A DNA stretch of 64,000 bases from an uncultured Planctomycetales bacterium (GCA_964595465.1 CAZQQI010000007.1:3930-67929); one strand, 5' to 3'. Counted from the first letter of the stretch, positions 35,586 to 44,725 are shown. Program-made: numbers and translations. Notes: generated by a model not told the origin, from the sequence alone.

Positions 35586-36971
35586 GTGGCAGATAAAAAG
35601 AAAACGCCTAAAAAAACAACCAGGCAAACATCCGCTAAATCAAAGTCTAAAAAATCAGCCGTAAAAAAATCTCCGAAAAAGAAAACGGGTAAAAAGGCGG
35701 CGAAAAAGGCGGTAAAAAAATCCCCGCTCCAAAAGGGCGCGTCTGTAAAGAAGAAAACGGCAGTGAAAAAAAAGGGTTTATCCGCAAAAAAGAAAACCGT
35801 TGCGAAGAAAAAAAGCTTATCCGCAGAAAAGAAAACGACAGCGAAGAAAAAGAGCCCGGTTACCAATAAGAGGGTAAAGGGCATGATCCGTACCAACCTG
35901 GAGTATGCCTCCCGCGCCAAGCGTCCGGTCTTTATCGACAGCGAAGCCATGCCGGAAAGTTACGGCTCCACCAGTGTGGTCTTGATCGCGCGTGATCCCC
36001 GCTGGATCCATGCTTATTGGGAGATCGCCCCGTCCAGTATTGAAGAGGTCCGCGCGCGTTACGGAAAATCTGTCGACCGCGCTGTTAAAGTCCTGCGCAT
36101 GTATGACGTGACCATGATCAATTTTGACGGCCGTAATGCCAATCATATTTTTGATATTGAGGTGGGGGACGCTAATAATTGGTATGTGAATTTGCCTAAT
36201 GATCATGTCTCCTATTGCGCGGACATCGGCTTATTGACCCCGGAGAGTGATTTTTTTACGCTGGCCCGTTCGAATTTTGTGACGACCCCGCGTGCTCATG
36301 TGTCTCCCCGCAAAGAATTGGTCTGGATGGCTGTCGAGCCCGGGGCTGAACCAACGGCTTTTGTCTATGACGGAGAGGATCCCGCTCTGGAGACGGGTAA
36401 GACAAGTGTGCCTTCAGATGTCGTGATCGGCGAAGCGCATATCCGTGATTATTATTCACGGGTCTTTCCCTTGCTGCGCCGTGTCCTGATGCGGCATGCT
36501 TCTGAAGAAGGAGCCACAGCCCAAAGCGCGGTGGACGCTGCTTTGCAGTATATCGAAGACCAGGATATGATGGCCTATGATTATTTCCGCCGGATCCTGC
36601 TCGGAGCTTCTGAAGAAATGATGGAAAAGGGCCGTATGGGGGAAGAAGGTATCGGCGGAATTTCCAGTGAAGAATTGGCCCCTTCATCCTGGGGCGGGGC
36701 CTCGGAAGAGGGTGCACCAGGTCCGCAGAGCGGATTCTTTTTTGAGCTCGGTACGGAATTGATCGTTTATGGGCGGACCGAGCCTGACGCGAAAGTGGAG
36801 TGGGGTGGGAAACCGATCATGCTCCGAGAGGACGGGACCTTTACGCTAAGAATGGCCCTGCCCACGGATACGCATATTCCTCTGGATTTTACTGCTGTTA
36901 AGTATGATGGGCGGCATCGCCGTTCGATCAATACAGCCGCACAGCGGGACTCTACGGAATATAAAGAATAA
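35586..36971 (+). CDS. DUF4912 protein with a histone-H1-like Lys-rich N-terminus
   Basis: MPESYG...LIARDPRWIHAYWEI, NWYV, LARSN.V.TP, ELIVYGRTEPDA; GTG 35586 after AAGGAG (ORF track start is 35553). Confidence 0.85.
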   Translation: MADKKKTPKKTTRQTSAKSKSKKSAVKKSPKKKTGKKAAKKAVKKSPLQKGASVKKKTAVKKKGLSAKKKTVAKKKSLSAEKKTTAKKKSPVTNKRVKGMIRTNLEYASRAKRPVFIDSEAMPESYGSTSVVLIARDPRWIHAYWEIAPSSIEEVRARYGKSVDRAVKVLRMYDVTMINFDGRNANHIFDIEVGDANNWYVNLPNDHVSYCADIGLLTPESDFFTLARSNFVTTPRAHVSPRKELVWMAVEPGAEPTAFVYDGEDPALETGKTSVPSDVVIGEAHIRDYYSRVFPLLRRVLMRHASEEGATAQSAVDAALQYIEDQDMMAYDYFRRILLGASEEMMEKGRMGEEGIGGISSEELAPSSWGGASEEGAPGPQSGFFFELGTELIVYGRTEPDAKVEWGGKPIMLREDGTFTLRMALPTDTHIPLDFTAVKYDGRHRRSINTAAQRDSTEYKE

Positions 36972-37033
36972 TGTAACGGATATTTTCTGAAGACCTTTTT
37001 TTCGTGGTCTTATTTGAATATGTTAGGAGCAGT

Positions 37034-38638
37034 ATGGCCCAGGGTTATCTTTCATTGGTTCTGCACGCGCACCTGCCTTTTGTCCGGCATCCGGAAGAAG
37101 AGTATTTCCTTGAAGAGAACTGGCTGTATGAGGCGATCACCGAGACCTACCTGCCTTTGCTGATGACGCTGGAACAGCTGGTCCGGGACGGGGTGTATTT
37201 CCGTCTGACTTTGTCGCTTAGTCCTACATTGGTCAGCATGTTGAGGGACCCTTTTTTACAAGAGCGGTATATCCTTCATTTGGACCGCATGATCGAACTG
37301 GCCGGCCGGGAGATCGAACGGACCGGTTTCGATGCCCGGTATCATGGATTAGCCCTGATGTATCATCGTCGTTTTGTTGATTTTCGTCATATGTTCTGCG
37401 AGACCTATCAGCGGGACCTGGTCGGTGCGTTCAAATACTTTCAGGATACGGGCTGTTTGGAGATCATGACCAGCTGTGCGACACATGGATTCCTGCCGAT
37501 TTTGGCCGTTAATCCGCGGGCAGCTGAGGCCCAGATCCGTATCGGTGTCGACTCGTATACAGAAGTATTCGGACGTCCGCCGCGCGGGATCTGGCTGCCG
37601 GAATGCGGCTTTGTCCCGGGCATCGACACGATGCTTAAGCGGGTCGGGATCAGATATTTCATAGTGGATTCCCACGGTCTGATGTATTCAGATCCGCGCC
37701 CTAAATATGGGATCTTTGCGCCGGTCTATACACCTGCGGGGGTTGCTGCTTTCGGCCGGGATTGGGAATCGTCCAAACAGGTTTGGAGTGCCAAAGAGGG
37801 ATATCCCGGGGATCCGGCCTATCGCGAATATTATCGGGATATCGGCCATGAACTGGAATATGAATACGTCAGGCCGTATATTGATCCGGCCGGCACCCGT
37901 GTCAATACCGGTCTGAAGTATTGGCGGGTAACGGGGCAGACCGCGGCCAAAGAGCCTTACCGTCCGGATATTGCCAGGGAAAAGGCGGCGGAGCACGCCG
38001 CGGATTTCATCGCCCGGCGGCAGTCTCAGGTAAGGGATCTTCATAATAGAATGCACCGTGATCCGATCATTGTCGCGCCTTACGATGCTGAACTTTACGG
38101 CCATTGGTGGTATGAAGGGCCTGTTTTTATGGATTTTCTTTTTCGTAAACTGGCTTTTGATCAGTCACTGATCCGTCCCGCGACGCCGACAGAATATCTT
38201 ACGGCTTACCGTGTGAACCAAATGGCCATGCCGTCATCTTCCAGCTGGGGTTATAAAGGTTACAGTGAGTATTGGCTGGATAAAAGCAACGACTGGATCT
38301 ACCGGCATATCCATAAGGCAGCTGAACGTATGCAGGAGCTGGCCGTTAAATTCAGCACAGAGATACAGAATCCCAAGGATTCTGTGACAAAGCGGGCACT
38401 TAATCAGGCGGCACGGGAACTTTTGTTGGCTGAATCCAGCGATTGGCCCTTTATTATGCGGACCGGGACGATGGTGGCATATGCCCAACGCAGGATCCGT
38501 CTGCATATTTCCCGGTTTACCCGTTTATATGATGATTTGCTGGAGAAAAACATATCGGAAGAATGGTTGACAGAAATCGAAGAACGCGATAATCTCTTTT
38601 CTGATATGGAATGTGCCCGTTATTATCTCCCTGAATGA
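37034..38638 (+). CDS. GH57 1,4-alpha-glucan branching enzyme (DUF1957)
   Basis: LVLHAHLPFVRH, EAITETYLP, GIWLPECG (nucleophile Glu), PYDAELYGHWWYEG, ELLLAESSDWPF; ATG after AGGAG. Confidence 0.9.
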   Translation: MAQGYLSLVLHAHLPFVRHPEEEYFLEENWLYEAITETYLPLLMTLEQLVRDGVYFRLTLSLSPTLVSMLRDPFLQERYILHLDRMIELAGREIERTGFDARYHGLALMYHRRFVDFRHMFCETYQRDLVGAFKYFQDTGCLEIMTSCATHGFLPILAVNPRAAEAQIRIGVDSYTEVFGRPPRGIWLPECGFVPGIDTMLKRVGIRYFIVDSHGLMYSDPRPKYGIFAPVYTPAGVAAFGRDWESSKQVWSAKEGYPGDPAYREYYRDIGHELEYEYVRPYIDPAGTRVNTGLKYWRVTGQTAAKEPYRPDIAREKAAEHAADFIARRQSQVRDLHNRMHRDPIIVAPYDAELYGHWWYEGPVFMDFLFRKLAFDQSLIRPATPTEYLTAYRVNQMAMPSSSSWGYKGYSEYWLDKSNDWIYRHIHKAAERMQELAVKFSTEIQNPKDSVTKRALNQAARELLLAESSDWPFIMRTGTMVAYAQRRIRLHISRFTRLYDDLLEKNISEEWLTEIEERDNLFSDMECARYYLPE

Positions 38639-38811
38639 GTTTCCCGGATCAAAGGAACTCCTATAAAAAACGCCTAATATATTGTTTTTATGTTAAAAAT
38701 ATTGCATACTTGAATAAGTATGTGCGAAGTAAATTGATGTTGCTTGATAGATGCGGCCGTACGGGGGAATTGGTCTTAGCGTCTAAAAGGAAATTCTAAA
38801 AAGGACAGGAC

Positions 38812-39459
38812 ATGGTCTGCTTAAAAGAATCGCCCCTGCGGATAGAACGTGTTTGTTTTACGGATAATGACCGCATGCGTCATCTTTATCGGCTCCGTTT
38901 GAAAGTTTATGGCGAGCAATGTGGTTTTTTTAATATTGATGAGTATCCTGAAGGCGAAGAGCGGGATAAATATGATGCCCAATCCGCGCATTTTCTGATC
39001 CGCGACGGGTTAAGCCGGAAAATCCTGATCGCTGCCCGTCTGATCTTACCCGGAGCACATCGTCTGCCGGTTTTTGATCATGTTCCTGAATTGTACCGTC
39101 AGTATGCTTCCTGCACGAAGGCCTGTGCCGAGATTTCCCGATTTGTCTTAAATAAATCTGCTTATTTTGATTATCAAAAACGCAGAGCGGCGGCTTTGGG
39201 GGGCGTCCCTACACTTGCGGTCTATCGTGAGATGTTCTCCATTCTCTATGCCCAGTTGTATCAGCGGGCGGTTGAATCGGGTATTCAGCATGGTTTTGCT
39301 CTGATGGAGAAGGGTCTTTACCGTTTGGCCAAATTGCAGGGGTTCTCTTTTGCGCCGGTCGGAGAGACCATTGATGTTTACGGCCCGGTCAAGCCGTATT
39401 ATCTTGAAGTCGCGTCTTTGGGCTATCTCCAGCAATATGCTGCCGCGCAGAACAATTGA
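38812..39459 (+). CDS. FeeM/LuxI-like GNAT acyltransferase (N-acyl amino acid synthase family)
   Basis: YRLRLKVY, ERDKYDAQSAH, AARLI, AEISRF, ALME..L.R...G. Confidence 0.75.
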   Translation: MVCLKESPLRIERVCFTDNDRMRHLYRLRLKVYGEQCGFFNIDEYPEGEERDKYDAQSAHFLIRDGLSRKILIAARLILPGAHRLPVFDHVPELYRQYASCTKACAEISRFVLNKSAYFDYQKRRAAALGGVPTLAVYREMFSILYAQLYQRAVESGIQHGFALMEKGLYRLAKLQGFSFAPVGETIDVYGPVKPYYLEVASLGYLQQYAAAQNN

Positions 39460-39505
39460 TAATACAATTTGATAGCATCGTAGAATATTCAACAAAGGAT
39501 TTGTC

Positions 39506-42500
39506 ATGACAGAAGCGCATCGGCACAAGCATCCTCTGCTTAAATTTATATCGCTCGTTCTCGCAACAGTCTTTTTAACCACCACAATTCTTCCGCCTCG
39601 GTTGGCCCGGGCGCAGGTCCTGCCGACCCTGCCGGTCCCCGGAACCCTTTTGAGCACCTCACAGGGGTATGTTCCGCTTTTGCTCAAGGGGATCCAGGTT
39701 GACCCGCAGAATCCGCTGTCCTTCAACTTTATTATGAATACCGGTGAACTGCGCGCCGATACCGATGGCCTGCGTGAAGAGATGCAGCGCCAGATCAAAT
39801 ATTTTCTGGCTTCGCTGACCGTGCCCGAGGCAGAGATGTGGGTCAACCTGTCGCCTTATGAAGGCGACCGTATCATCCCGGATGCCTTCGGGCAGACCGA
39901 GATGGGCATGGACCTGCTGGCCCAGGATTATCTGCTGAAACAGCTGACCGCCAGCCTGATGTATCCTGAAGAAGAACTGGGACAGGCCTTTTGGAAACGC
40001 GTGTATCAGCGGGCCGAAAAAGAGTTCGGGACGCGGGATATTCCGGTGGATACCTACAACAAGGTCTGGATCGTGCCTGAAGACGCCACGGTCTTTCAGA
40101 AAGACGGCAGTGCTTATGTGATCGAGAGCAGTCTGAAGGTCATGCTGGAAGAGGATTATGTGGCCAAGATGGAAGGCCGCCAGGTCAGCCGCAGCAGCAG
40201 TGTTCAGGATATTGATGCTCAGATCATCCGTGAAGTGATTATTCCTGAAATTGAACGGGAAGTCAATGAAGGGCAGACCTTTGCTAAACTGCGGCAGATC
40301 TATCAGGCCATGATCCTCGCGACCTGGTATAAGATCAACCTGCGGGAGACTTTGCTCGGCCGGATCTATGTGGACCGCAATAAAGTCGCCGGGGTTGACA
40401 CCGCAGACAAACAGCTCAAAGAAAAAATTTATCAGCAGTATATAGACGCCTTTAAAAAAGGTGTCTACAACTATATTAAGGAAGAGCAAGATCCGGTATC
40501 CGGTCAGATCATCCCGCGGAAATATTTTTCCGGCGGGTTTACGACAGATGAAGCCCTGCTGACTACTGTGCAGGGCAGCCTGATCGACGGGAATGGCGGA
40601 TTGGCGCCTTATCAGCAGGAGCAAATCGTAACATCCTTGGGCACATTCGCCGCCGGGAGCCGTACCATTGCGGTCGATGTTAACCTGGTTGAAGATCCCG
40701 CAGCTAAAGGATGGTCGCAGGTCGTCACGGCCGAGACCTTCAGCCGAGATGCCCAGGGTCTTGTCCGCGCGGATGCCGCCATGCTGACAGAAAACAGCAA
40801 GGATTATTTGCGAGACAATAATCCGGAGCTTCTGCACAATGTTGATAACGGTAATTTTTCGCCCGAGCAGGTCGAGGCAATTAATATTATGGTCGACATC
40901 GGTAATGCCGGTATACTCAAAGAGAGTTCTAACGTTGGAGGGCTGTTAGACCAAGTGGCCCGACGGGATAAGACCTATCCGACCGGGCTCCGAGGATATC
41001 ATGCAAATGCTGCTAGAAAGATGAAAATTTTTTATGAGGGCGGCAATCCCATGGCCGATGTCATCAAGATCAGTGCCCCTGCGACAAAAGATCTTACGTC
41101 GGCAGATTCTGAAACTCTTAATGTGCTGAATCGTGAAGGTTTAAAGGTTGTTAATAAAACAGTCTTTGTCATGCCAGCCGGGGGGCTGGGGGAACGGCTT
41201 GGCTATGGCGGATTAAAGTTGGATCTGCCGCTGGATTCGCTTACTCGGAAATCGTATTTGCAGATGTATGCAGAAAATATCCTGGCGCTACAAGAAAGGT
41301 CAAATAATTTAAATGGAGAAGATGAACGCATTCCTTTGGTGATGATGACCTCGGCAGACAATCATCAGCGGACCCTGGATTTTATTCAGAAAAACAATCT
41401 GTTCGGCATGGATGGGCTGACGGTTATTGATGTGACCAAGGATATTGCGGTCTATGATGCTGGCGCGGGAAAGGTCGTGGTTGCGGATCGCAGGGCATAT
41501 GAAGATCGTAATGAGATCGTTAACCCCCGTGATATCGGTCAAATGGTGATCTTTCAGCAGGATTCTGTTTTTGCTTTTACAGGAGAGGATGCTAAGTTTG
41601 TTCTGCAGGAAGATGGTCTTATTAAAGAAAAACCTCATAATCATGGAGATATCGAACTGCTTTTACATCTTTCCGGTGTGGCTAAAGCCTTTGAACAGGC
41701 CGGCAAGAAGCAGAGCCTCTTTTTCCAGGATACTAACGGAGAGGCCTTTAATGCGGTCCTGCCCGGATTGGGGGCATCGGTTACAGAAGGATACAAGGTA
41801 AATTTATTGGCCGTCGAACGCAAGCCCGGGGATGCTGTTGGAGCCATTGCCGAGATGACCCTTGAAAATGGGACGACACAGGTCGGGAATATCGAATATA
41901 ACGATGTGCCGAATGTCGCCAAAAATTATGGTCTTCCAGAAGAAAATTTTTCTTCAGGGAATATCAACATCTTTATTGTTAACCAGCAGGCATTGGCCGC
42001 TGCACTGGATGAAACTAATGGTTTAATGCCGGAGATTGTTAACCCCAAGCCGGATACCGGAGAAGCTCGCTTAGAAGCCATGATGCAGGATATCGCCAAA
42101 GCTGTTCCCGGTTCTCAGGTAGGGGTCACGTCATTCCCGGTAAGAATGATCTTTGCCGCCACCAAAAATGCTTTACCCCGGGCCTTGAGTAAGGTTGAAA
42201 AGGGCAATTTCCCCGAGCACCTGGCTGCGACTGAAGGCGTTTATCATATGAACACGCGGGAGATGTTGGCCCGGGCTGGTGTTGAGATTAATCCAGAAGG
42301 GAATACGAGGTACGCATTTGAGGATCTTTTACAACCCGCCTTTGGGCTTGAATCAGAAGTTCCCGGTATTCCTTATCAGGACGGAGCGCGGATATCTCTT
42401 TCCCCGTTTTTTGCTCAGTCTGTTGAAGACATTCAGCAAAAGATGAAGGGCGTCAGCATCAGCGACCGGTCTTTTGTGGTGATTGAAGGGGAACGTGTTT

Positions 42501-44527
42501 TCTTGAAAGATGTCAAGATCGATGGTGCTGTCGATATCCGGACCAATCCCGCTCAGACTCTTGTCCTCGAAAATCTCACGATAGAGAATGCCGGCTGGGA
42601 GTTTGTGCCTTTGACCGCCGAGGAAGTTTTGGATGAGCGAGGGCTGCCGGAAGATATCCGCATGAGAGGATATAAGCTGGTTAAACGCGATCAATTTTCA
42701 GTAGACATTACAGATCAAGGCCCTGGTGTGTACACGGTTGATACGGAAGGAAATGTCCGCCGGGCTGATCCGGCTGTGCTGACAGAAGTGCTGGATCCGT
42801 CAGAAGCTATCCGCCTCATTACAGAAAGTGCTGATCCCGGTTTTCTTGAATTTCTGCTCGACTATGCCCGTCATGACGGGCATGTTGAACAGCGTCAGAT
42901 CGACCCGCAGATATTAGCGCGGCAATTACGGGAGACCGGTCTGGCCGATGCCGGATCTGAACAGGATCGGGCTATTCAGCAGGGGATTCCCCGGTTAGGA
43001 GAATTGCGTGAGGCACGGGACCCGCGCGGGTATCGGATCTTAAGCGAGATGGCCGGCCGGGAGTTGTTCGCCGATCGTGATTTTCAGAGACAGATCCTGT
43101 CCGAGATCCGGCAGGGGAGGGTTACGTTCGCTTTATTGAAGCCCGACACCATTGGGTTAGGAGAAGAAGAACGGATGCTGGCGGCCTTGGAATCAGCGGA
43201 CTTTGAGGTTATTGAAGGCCCCCATATCCGTTTGTCGGAGGCTGAGGCGGAAGAGCTTTATCAGGAGCATAAAGGACAACGTTATTTTTCTGCTTTGATC
43301 GATTTTATGACCGGAACCGGAGAGTACGCCGGTCGGGAGCAGAGCGTGGTCCCGCTGTTTTTAAAAACGGCGGCTCAACGTGCCGAGACCGCGGCTCAGC
43401 TTTTTGAGAGAAACCGGAATATCTTGCGCGGAATTATTCCGCACTATGATCAGGATTTGGCTAAACGCGAAAATCGTATCCACGGTTCTGACAGCATCAA
43501 TAGCGCTGAACGCGAGGCCGGGCTGATCTTTAAGATGTTCCCGGAGAGAGAGGGTGTCGGGAAACCGGTGCTTTCATCCTCTTCGGATGTTATGAGTACG
43601 AGCGATGAGCAGGGAGAATTTGTTGCTCTGGAAAGTAGTGGAATATTTCGGACATCCCTGAAAGACGGACAGCATGTCCTTATTGATGTCACGGACTCCC
43701 GGTATGATATTGCTAAGACATTTCATGTGGCCAGGCAAGGCGGCCGGATCATGATCGATGGGGAAATTAAGAGACAATATACTGATGAGCGTGATCGTGA
43801 CGTCATGATTTTACCGGTCATTGATGATGCAGCAGCAGAGGGTCCTTTGCTGAGTATCGTTGTTGCCCAAAATGAGGGGGATCTGGAGGTGACGCACAAT
43901 CTTTCCGGACCCGGCAGCTCGGTCAAGATCCGCAATGTCGATGCGGCGCAATTGAGCCGTTCAGAGAGCGAGCAGGATCAGCAGTATGCCCTGGAGTTGC
44001 TGCAGAATCGGCTGTCCCTGCTCCAGCAGGAAGTTCGGAATATGGAAGCTGAGATCAAATCCATTCAAACTCAGCAGGCGCGTTTTCGAGATAATTCTGT
44101 TCAATGGAACCGCCGGCATAATCGGATGCAGGACTTAAGAGAACAGCTGAATAGAAAACGTGCGGAGATCGCTCAAACAGAGCAGCAAATACGCAGGGTA
44201 ACGGATCAAGCGGGCCCCGTTATGACGGCCCGCCAAGATGATGATAGAGTGGGTGGTATTGATCTGAACAGCGCGCATCTGAACCTCAAGATCGAACGCG
44301 ATGACCGCGGCGTGCCTCTGCCGATGGATCAGCAGCCCATGCCGGAGCTTATGAACATAGACGGGTTTTTGCCGGTGATCATTAATGTGACGCCTATCCA
44401 GAGCGTCCCGATGCTGTTGGGCCTGGAGGATTCTCCGGCTGATCAGCGGCAGACCGGGACAGAATCCGTGCCGGGTGAGCAGCCCCGTGCGCGTTTGGAA
44501 AAAGCGGTTATAGAGGCCGCCATTTAG
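39506..44527 (+). CDS. Large secreted modular protein: scaffold N-domain, UDP-sugar pyrophosphorylase, NDP kinase, coiled coil and GGID-type C-domain
   Basis: Signal peptide ending ARA. USP motifs AGGLGERLGY, KPHNHGD, FFQDTN, NIEYN, GNIN, VNPK, RLEAMMQD. NDK motifs TFALLKPD and NRIHGSDS. C-terminal VGGIDLN...IDGFLPVIINVTP. Confidence 0.85.
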   Translation: MTEAHRHKHPLLKFISLVLATVFLTTTILPPRLARAQVLPTLPVPGTLLSTSQGYVPLLLKGIQVDPQNPLSFNFIMNTGELRADTDGLREEMQRQIKYFLASLTVPEAEMWVNLSPYEGDRIIPDAFGQTEMGMDLLAQDYLLKQLTASLMYPEEELGQAFWKRVYQRAEKEFGTRDIPVDTYNKVWIVPEDATVFQKDGSAYVIESSLKVMLEEDYVAKMEGRQVSRSSSVQDIDAQIIREVIIPEIEREVNEGQTFAKLRQIYQAMILATWYKINLRETLLGRIYVDRNKVAGVDTADKQLKEKIYQQYIDAFKKGVYNYIKEEQDPVSGQIIPRKYFSGGFTTDEALLTTVQGSLIDGNGGLAPYQQEQIVTSLGTFAAGSRTIAVDVNLVEDPAAKGWSQVVTAETFSRDAQGLVRADAAMLTENSKDYLRDNNPELLHNVDNGNFSPEQVEAINIMVDIGNAGILKESSNVGGLLDQVARRDKTYPTGLRGYHANAARKMKIFYEGGNPMADVIKISAPATKDLTSADSETLNVLNREGLKVVNKTVFVMPAGGLGERLGYGGLKLDLPLDSLTRKSYLQMYAENILALQERSNNLNGEDERIPLVMMTSADNHQRTLDFIQKNNLFGMDGLTVIDVTKDIAVYDAGAGKVVVADRRAYEDRNEIVNPRDIGQMVIFQQDSVFAFTGEDAKFVLQEDGLIKEKPHNHGDIELLLHLSGVAKAFEQAGKKQSLFFQDTNGEAFNAVLPGLGASVTEGYKVNLLAVERKPGDAVGAIAEMTLENGTTQVGNIEYNDVPNVAKNYGLPEENFSSGNINIFIVNQQALAAALDETNGLMPEIVNPKPDTGEARLEAMMQDIAKAVPGSQVGVTSFPVRMIFAATKNALPRALSKVEKGNFPEHLAATEGVYHMNTREMLARAGVEINPEGNTRYAFEDLLQPAFGLESEVPGIPYQDGARISLSPFFAQSVEDIQQKMKGVSISDRSFVVIEGERVFLKDVKIDGAVDIRTNPAQTLVLENLTIENAGWEFVPLTAEEVLDERGLPEDIRMRGYKLVKRDQFSVDITDQGPGVYTVDTEGNVRRADPAVLTEVLDPSEAIRLITESADPGFLEFLLDYARHDGHVEQRQIDPQILARQLRETGLADAGSEQDRAIQQGIPRLGELREARDPRGYRILSEMAGRELFADRDFQRQILSEIRQGRVTFALLKPDTIGLGEEERMLAALESADFEVIEGPHIRLSEAEAEELYQEHKGQRYFSALIDFMTGTGEYAGREQSVVPLFLKTAAQRAETAAQLFERNRNILRGIIPHYDQDLAKRENRIHGSDSINSAEREAGLIFKMFPEREGVGKPVLSSSSDVMSTSDEQGEFVALESSGIFRTSLKDGQHVLIDVTDSRYDIAKTFHVARQGGRIMIDGEIKRQYTDERDRDVMILPVIDDAAAEGPLLSIVVAQNEGDLEVTHNLSGPGSSVKIRNVDAAQLSRSESEQDQQYALELLQNRLSLLQQEVRNMEAEIKSIQTQQARFRDNSVQWNRRHNRMQDLREQLNRKRAEIAQTEQQIRRVTDQAGPVMTARQDDDRVGGIDLNSAHLNLKIERDDRGVPLPMDQQPMPELMNIDGFLPVIINVTPIQSVPMLLGLEDSPADQRQTGTESVPGEQPRARLEKAVIEAAI

Positions 44528-44553
44528 ATTTGAGGCCGTATTGTCTGCTGGAA

Positions 44554-44588
44554 AAAAACAGCGCTGAATCCAATTCAGCGCTGTTTTT
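44554..44588. terminator. Bidirectional intrinsic terminator
   Basis: AAAAACAGCGCTGAAT-CCA-ATTCAGCGCTGTTTTT perfect inverted repeat. Confidence 0.85.
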
Positions 44589-44725
44589 GCATATGGACAA
44601 AGTGATATATGGCCCATCAGATGACGTGTACCTTGAGACAGGTGATTTGCACTTCTTTCCTCTTGAGTTCCCGGTGTTAATTTATTACAATACAATTCAT
44701 CATTTAATATCGTGGAAGGACAGCT

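Noticed and set aside
35531-35950. Phe-rich hydrophobic minus-strand ORF resembling a membrane protein
   Set aside because: It is the reverse complement of the Lys (AAA/AAG) repeats of the DUF4912 tail.
38812-39459. Calling this a luxI quorum-sensing synthase
   Set aside because: No adjacent luxR, and the motifs fit the broader FeeM/N-acyl amino acid synthase group at least as well.
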